Source of the DNA: Candidatus Micrarchaeota archaeon
Lineage (GTDB): Archaea; Micrarchaeota; Micrarchaeia; Anstonellales; Bilamarchaeaceae
NCBI GenBank assembly: GCA_018813505.1
Contig: JAHJBM010000056.1
Span: forward strand, 1 to 57,672
Direction of reading: 5' to 3'
Length of the DNA stretch: 57,672 nt
A program made the translations under genes and the position numbers. Below are positions 54,877 through 57,672 of this stretch, one piece after another (the stretch's first letter is position 1; the number at the start of each line of letters is the position of its first letter). The notes beneath the pieces are model-generated. The model saw only the letters and a list, made by a program, of their open reading frames with translations. It had not been told where the DNA came from and ran no database searches.

Positions 54877-55428
54877 ATGGAGATTTTCTTTGCAACTACT
54901 AATTTGGGGAAACTTGGTGAGGCAACCAAGATATTGAAAGAAATCGGAATAAAGGTAAAACATTTTCCGTTTGTTTATAACGAAATTCGGTCAGATAGCA
55001 TAGAGGAAGTTGCGAGGGATGCGGTAAAATTTGCCTATAAGCGACTCAAAGAACCTGTTTTTGTCGAAGATACTGGTCTATTTATTGAAAAATGGAATGG
55101 CTTTCCAGGTACATATTCTGCAGTTATGCTGAAAAAGCTTGGAAATGAAGGCATAATTAAGCTCATGGAAGGTGAACCAAACAGAGCGGCCTTATTTGAT
55201 ACGTGTATAGCTTATCATGACACCAACGGTACCACTGTGGCTCATGGGAAATGTTATGGTCGCATTTCAGAGAGTATTCGAGGTAAATCTGGGTTTGGTT
55301 TTGATTCGATTTTTATTCCTGACGGCGGAGAACAGACATTTGCTGAAAGCATAGAATTAAAAAACAAGCTATCTCATAGATATAAATCACTTCTTGAATT
55401 CTCTAAGAGTTTAAAACTCAGAAGGTAA
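54877..55428 (+). CDS. non-canonical purine NTP pyrophosphatase (Ham1/RdgB/ITPase)
   Basis: FATTNLGKLGE, VEDTGL....NGFPGTYS, GFGFDSIFIP motifs. Confidence 0.9.
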   Translation: MEIFFATTNLGKLGEATKILKEIGIKVKHFPFVYNEIRSDSIEEVARDAVKFAYKRLKEPVFVEDTGLFIEKWNGFPGTYSAVMLKKLGNEGIIKLMEGEPNRAALFDTCIAYHDTNGTTVAHGKCYGRISESIRGKSGFGFDSIFIPDGGEQTFAESIELKNKLSHRYKSLLEFSKSLKLRR

Positions 55429-55448
55429 TCTATGTATAAGGTGTATTA

Positions 55449-55904
55449 ATGGCAAGATTGCACTCAAAGAAAAAAGGCAAATCAGGTACAAAAAGGCCAA
55501 AAAGTAAAACTGCCCCGAAATGGGTAGATAAAAAGAAGGCCGAAGTAACGGAAGTCATATTGAAAATGGCACGTGAAGGTGTACAATCAGCAAAAATTGG
55601 TGCTATACTTAGAGACCAATATGGAGTTCCTAACCTAAGGGCAGTTTTAGGTGCGTCTCTTGTTGTCTTTCTCAAATCCGAAGGTATAAATTATGAATAT
55701 CCTGACGATCTTCTTGATCTTATCAAGAAGGCCGTTCGTATTAACGGACATCTAAAGAATATTAAGAATGATACTCATAATGAGGTAAAACTCGGTCATG
55801 TAGAATCCAAGATACACAGGTTGACTAAGTATTACGCATCAAAAGGGAAAATCCCAACTGGTTGGAGATACAACCGTGAAAAAGCAACACTACTTGTAAA
55901 GTGA
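55449..55904 (+). CDS. rps15: 30S ribosomal protein S15 (uS15)
   Basis: MARLHSKKKGKSGTKRP N-terminus and a C-terminal H....D.....L...ESKI.RL..YY pattern. Confidence 0.93.
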   Translation: MARLHSKKKGKSGTKRPKSKTAPKWVDKKKAEVTEVILKMAREGVQSAKIGAILRDQYGVPNLRAVLGASLVVFLKSEGINYEYPDDLLDLIKKAVRINGHLKNIKNDTHNEVKLGHVESKIHRLTKYYASKGKIPTGWRYNREKATLLVK

Positions 55905-55914
55905 TGGTGATTAT

Positions 55915-56511
55915 CTGGCAGGAAAGAAAGTTAAAACAGTCGATAAATGGAAATCAAAAAAATGGTATAATGTCTTGGCTCCTGCGATTTTTGAATCCAG
56001 GAAGCTCTGCGAAGTTATTGCTTCTGATGATAAACTGCTCATGGACAGAATTGTTAGGGTAAGTTTACACGAAGTTGGTATTTCTGGTGGGTCATCGCAA
56101 CTCAGTATGTTTACAACTCTACGTTTCAGGATCAAAGGCGTTTCTGGTACGGAAGCCAATAGTGTTCTTCTTGGTCATGAAATCTCATCATCATTTATGA
56201 GAACATTCGCCAGACGGGGCAAGTCTTTGATACATCAGGTTGTAGATGGTGAAACAAAAGATAATGAAGGCATTCGTCTGAAGATCATTGCAGTTACTGG
56301 TGCGGGTGTCAGTGCAAATACTAAAAGAAATCTCAGAGCACTTATAGTAGAAGAATGCAAAAATTATATTGCATCAAAAGGCTTTGATGAAGCAATTCAG
56401 GATGTTATTTACGGAAGATTATCATCAAAAGTGTTCTCAAGATTAAAACAAATTACTAAGATGCGACGTGTTGAAGTAAGAAAATCCGAGAGAACTGAAA
56501 CATTTAAGTGA
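55915..56511 (+). CDS. rps3ae: 30S ribosomal protein S3Ae (eS1); start codon unresolved (CTG at 55915 proposed)
   Basis: The conserved N-terminus (M)AGKKVKTVDKWKSKKWYNVLAP is in frame upstream of the track's TTG (55975). There is no in-frame ATG/GTG/TTG after the stop at 55897. GGTGA lies 4 nt upstream of the CTG. Confidence 0.85.
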   Translation: MAGKKVKTVDKWKSKKWYNVLAPAIFESRKLCEVIASDDKLLMDRIVRVSLHEVGISGGSSQLSMFTTLRFRIKGVSGTEANSVLLGHEISSSFMRTFARRGKSLIHQVVDGETKDNEGIRLKIIAVTGAGVSANTKRNLRALIVEECKNYIASKGFDEAIQDVIYGRLSSKVFSRLKQITKMRRVEVRKSERTETFK

Positions 56512-56516
56512 TCTAC

Positions 56517-56852
56517 ATGATTCCCGGTGGGGTAGATCCCCGAAAGATGGAAGCAATGATGCGACAGATGGGCATCAAATCTGAAAATATGGGTGCCATC
56601 AGTGTAATTATCGAAACTCCTACTGAACGATTTATAGTATCAGATCCTCAGGTTACTAAGATTACTATGCAAGGTCAGATCTCCTTTCAGGTGGCTGGTG
56701 AAATTAGCAAAGAGGAAAAATCATCAGAGAATGACATAAAAATGATTATTGAGCAGACTGGTTGTTCAGAAGAAGGGGCCAAGGCTGCATTAATTGCATC
56801 CGACGGGGATATAGCCCAAGCTATTCTCTCGTTTTCCCAAGATAAGGAATAA
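56517..56852 (+). CDS. nac: nascent polypeptide-associated complex protein (NAC + UBA)
   Basis: MIPGGVDPRKMEAMMRQMGI N-terminus. UBA-like DIKMIIEQTGCSEEGAKAALIASDGDIAQAIL. A GTG at 56508 is an alternative start. Confidence 0.9.
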   Translation: MIPGGVDPRKMEAMMRQMGIKSENMGAISVIIETPTERFIVSDPQVTKITMQGQISFQVAGEISKEEKSSENDIKMIIEQTGCSEEGAKAALIASDGDIAQAILSFSQDKE

Positions 56853-56876
56853 AAATCTTGGCTGGGTAATAAAGAC

Positions 56877-57458
56877 ATGGCCATTAGGCGCGAAATTCTC
56901 CTGATCATTTTACTTGTACTTGTTATAGCAGTGTTAGTTAAGCTGGTCGAGTTCTTTCATGTTGATATTGAAGAAGCCGATGCCAGCAACTTTGTGATCG
57001 AGGATCTAAGAGCTAAATATCCATCTGCTGATCTAGAAATAATGTCTATTCTTGAGGAACATAATGAATTCGGATCAAAGTATTTTGAATTAAAGACAAA
57101 GGTTACTCAGGATCAGGATACCGCATGCCCGAGAAGATCACACATTTTCTATAATTATCCTGCTCAAAACTTTGTTCCACAGACACCAGAAGTTATAACA
57201 AATCATTGTGAAGTTTGCACTGCTGGGTTATGTACCATTGCGTTCCCTGAAGAAGCGATTATTGCGTCGCACACATTCAAAGGGACTGGGGATGTAAATT
57301 CCTACCTTGCATTGTATGCCAATGCAATTTCGACATTAACTGAAGATGCAAATTCCTGGACCGTGAAATGGAATTCGAATAGCGCAGATCATTATTATGT
57401 GGTAAAAATACATCGGACTGGCGTTCTGATGAATGTCAGCTATGTCGAGAAATCTTGA
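56877..57458 (+). CDS. hypothetical N-terminally anchored extracytoplasmic protein with four Cys
   Basis: N-terminal TM ILLIILLVLVIAVLVKLV. Cys residues at CPRR and CEVCTAGLC. Confidence 0.5.
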   Translation: MAIRREILLIILLVLVIAVLVKLVEFFHVDIEEADASNFVIEDLRAKYPSADLEIMSILEEHNEFGSKYFELKTKVTQDQDTACPRRSHIFYNYPAQNFVPQTPEVITNHCEVCTAGLCTIAFPEEAIIASHTFKGTGDVNSYLALYANAISTLTEDANSWTVKWNSNSADHYYVVKIHRTGVLMNVSYVEKS

Positions 57459-57672
57459 TAAATAAAGTGTTGAGATTTGATTCCAAATAACTATCAAAGA
57501 CCAAGCTAGATGTACATCTTCACGAGAAAATAGCAGAAAATTATATAAAGCAGAACAACAGCATACCGGTGGGGGGTGGACTAATTATGAATAAAATGGC
57601 ATTGGCAGGTCAACAAAGGTTAAACCAAGACGATAGCATGACAAAGGTCAATGATAAGCCAAGAAAAACCTC

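Noticed and set aside
1-57672. CRISPR arrays, IS elements, transposases, integrases, toxin-antitoxin or restriction-modification genes
   Set aside because: I found no regularly spaced direct repeats, terminal inverted repeats or recognisable catalytic motifs for any of these.

Overview
This is an AT-rich, very compact archaeal chromosome segment. Genes often overlap at start/stop, TTG/GTG starts occur, and several promoters look leaderless. All calls were made by eye from motifs in the supplied translations; no searches were run.

Most of the window is housekeeping:
- aCPSF1/FttA next to proteasome beta.
- The archaeal exosome superoperon, in transcription order on the minus strand: SBDS, Rrp4, Rrp41, Rrp42, L37Ae, an RpoP-like ORF, Brix, Pcc1, prefoldin beta, a DHH phosphoesterase.
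- Csl4-RpoL, S15-S3Ae-NAC, PurA, LonB, ITPase, ThpR, TldD/PmbA, an ABC-2 exporter, ScpB, Fap7 and PadR.
- An intron-containing tRNA-Ser(UGA).

Gene content, short proteins and many orphan membrane or secreted proteins suggest a reduced-genome, DPANN-like archaeon. That assignment is an inference.

The stand-out region is 7.4-23.5 kb. A minus-strand operon encodes six tandem, translationally coupled, clearly paralogous 5-TM membrane proteins that belong to no family I recognise. One of them carries a 32-Cys ectodomain. They are followed by a 1318-aa lipoprotein-like protein with about 51 Cys, a triple zinc-ribbon protein and a GNAT. A 1169-aa membrane protein with a compositionally aberrant tail (Gly/Ala/Arg/Asp-rich, no Cys) is transcribed divergently. 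No ATPase, pilin, integrase, transposase or CRISPR array is visible anywhere in the window.

Secondary oddities:
- A zinc-less RpoP candidate.
- A Brix gene that may be split.
- An S3Ae gene whose conserved N-terminus starts at a CTG.
- GC-rich structured non-coding elements around the tRNA.
- A bacterial-OMP-like beta-rich secreted protein.
- A protein with four ~90-aa repeats and a degenerate methyltransferase-like end.
- Three islands of elevated G+C.
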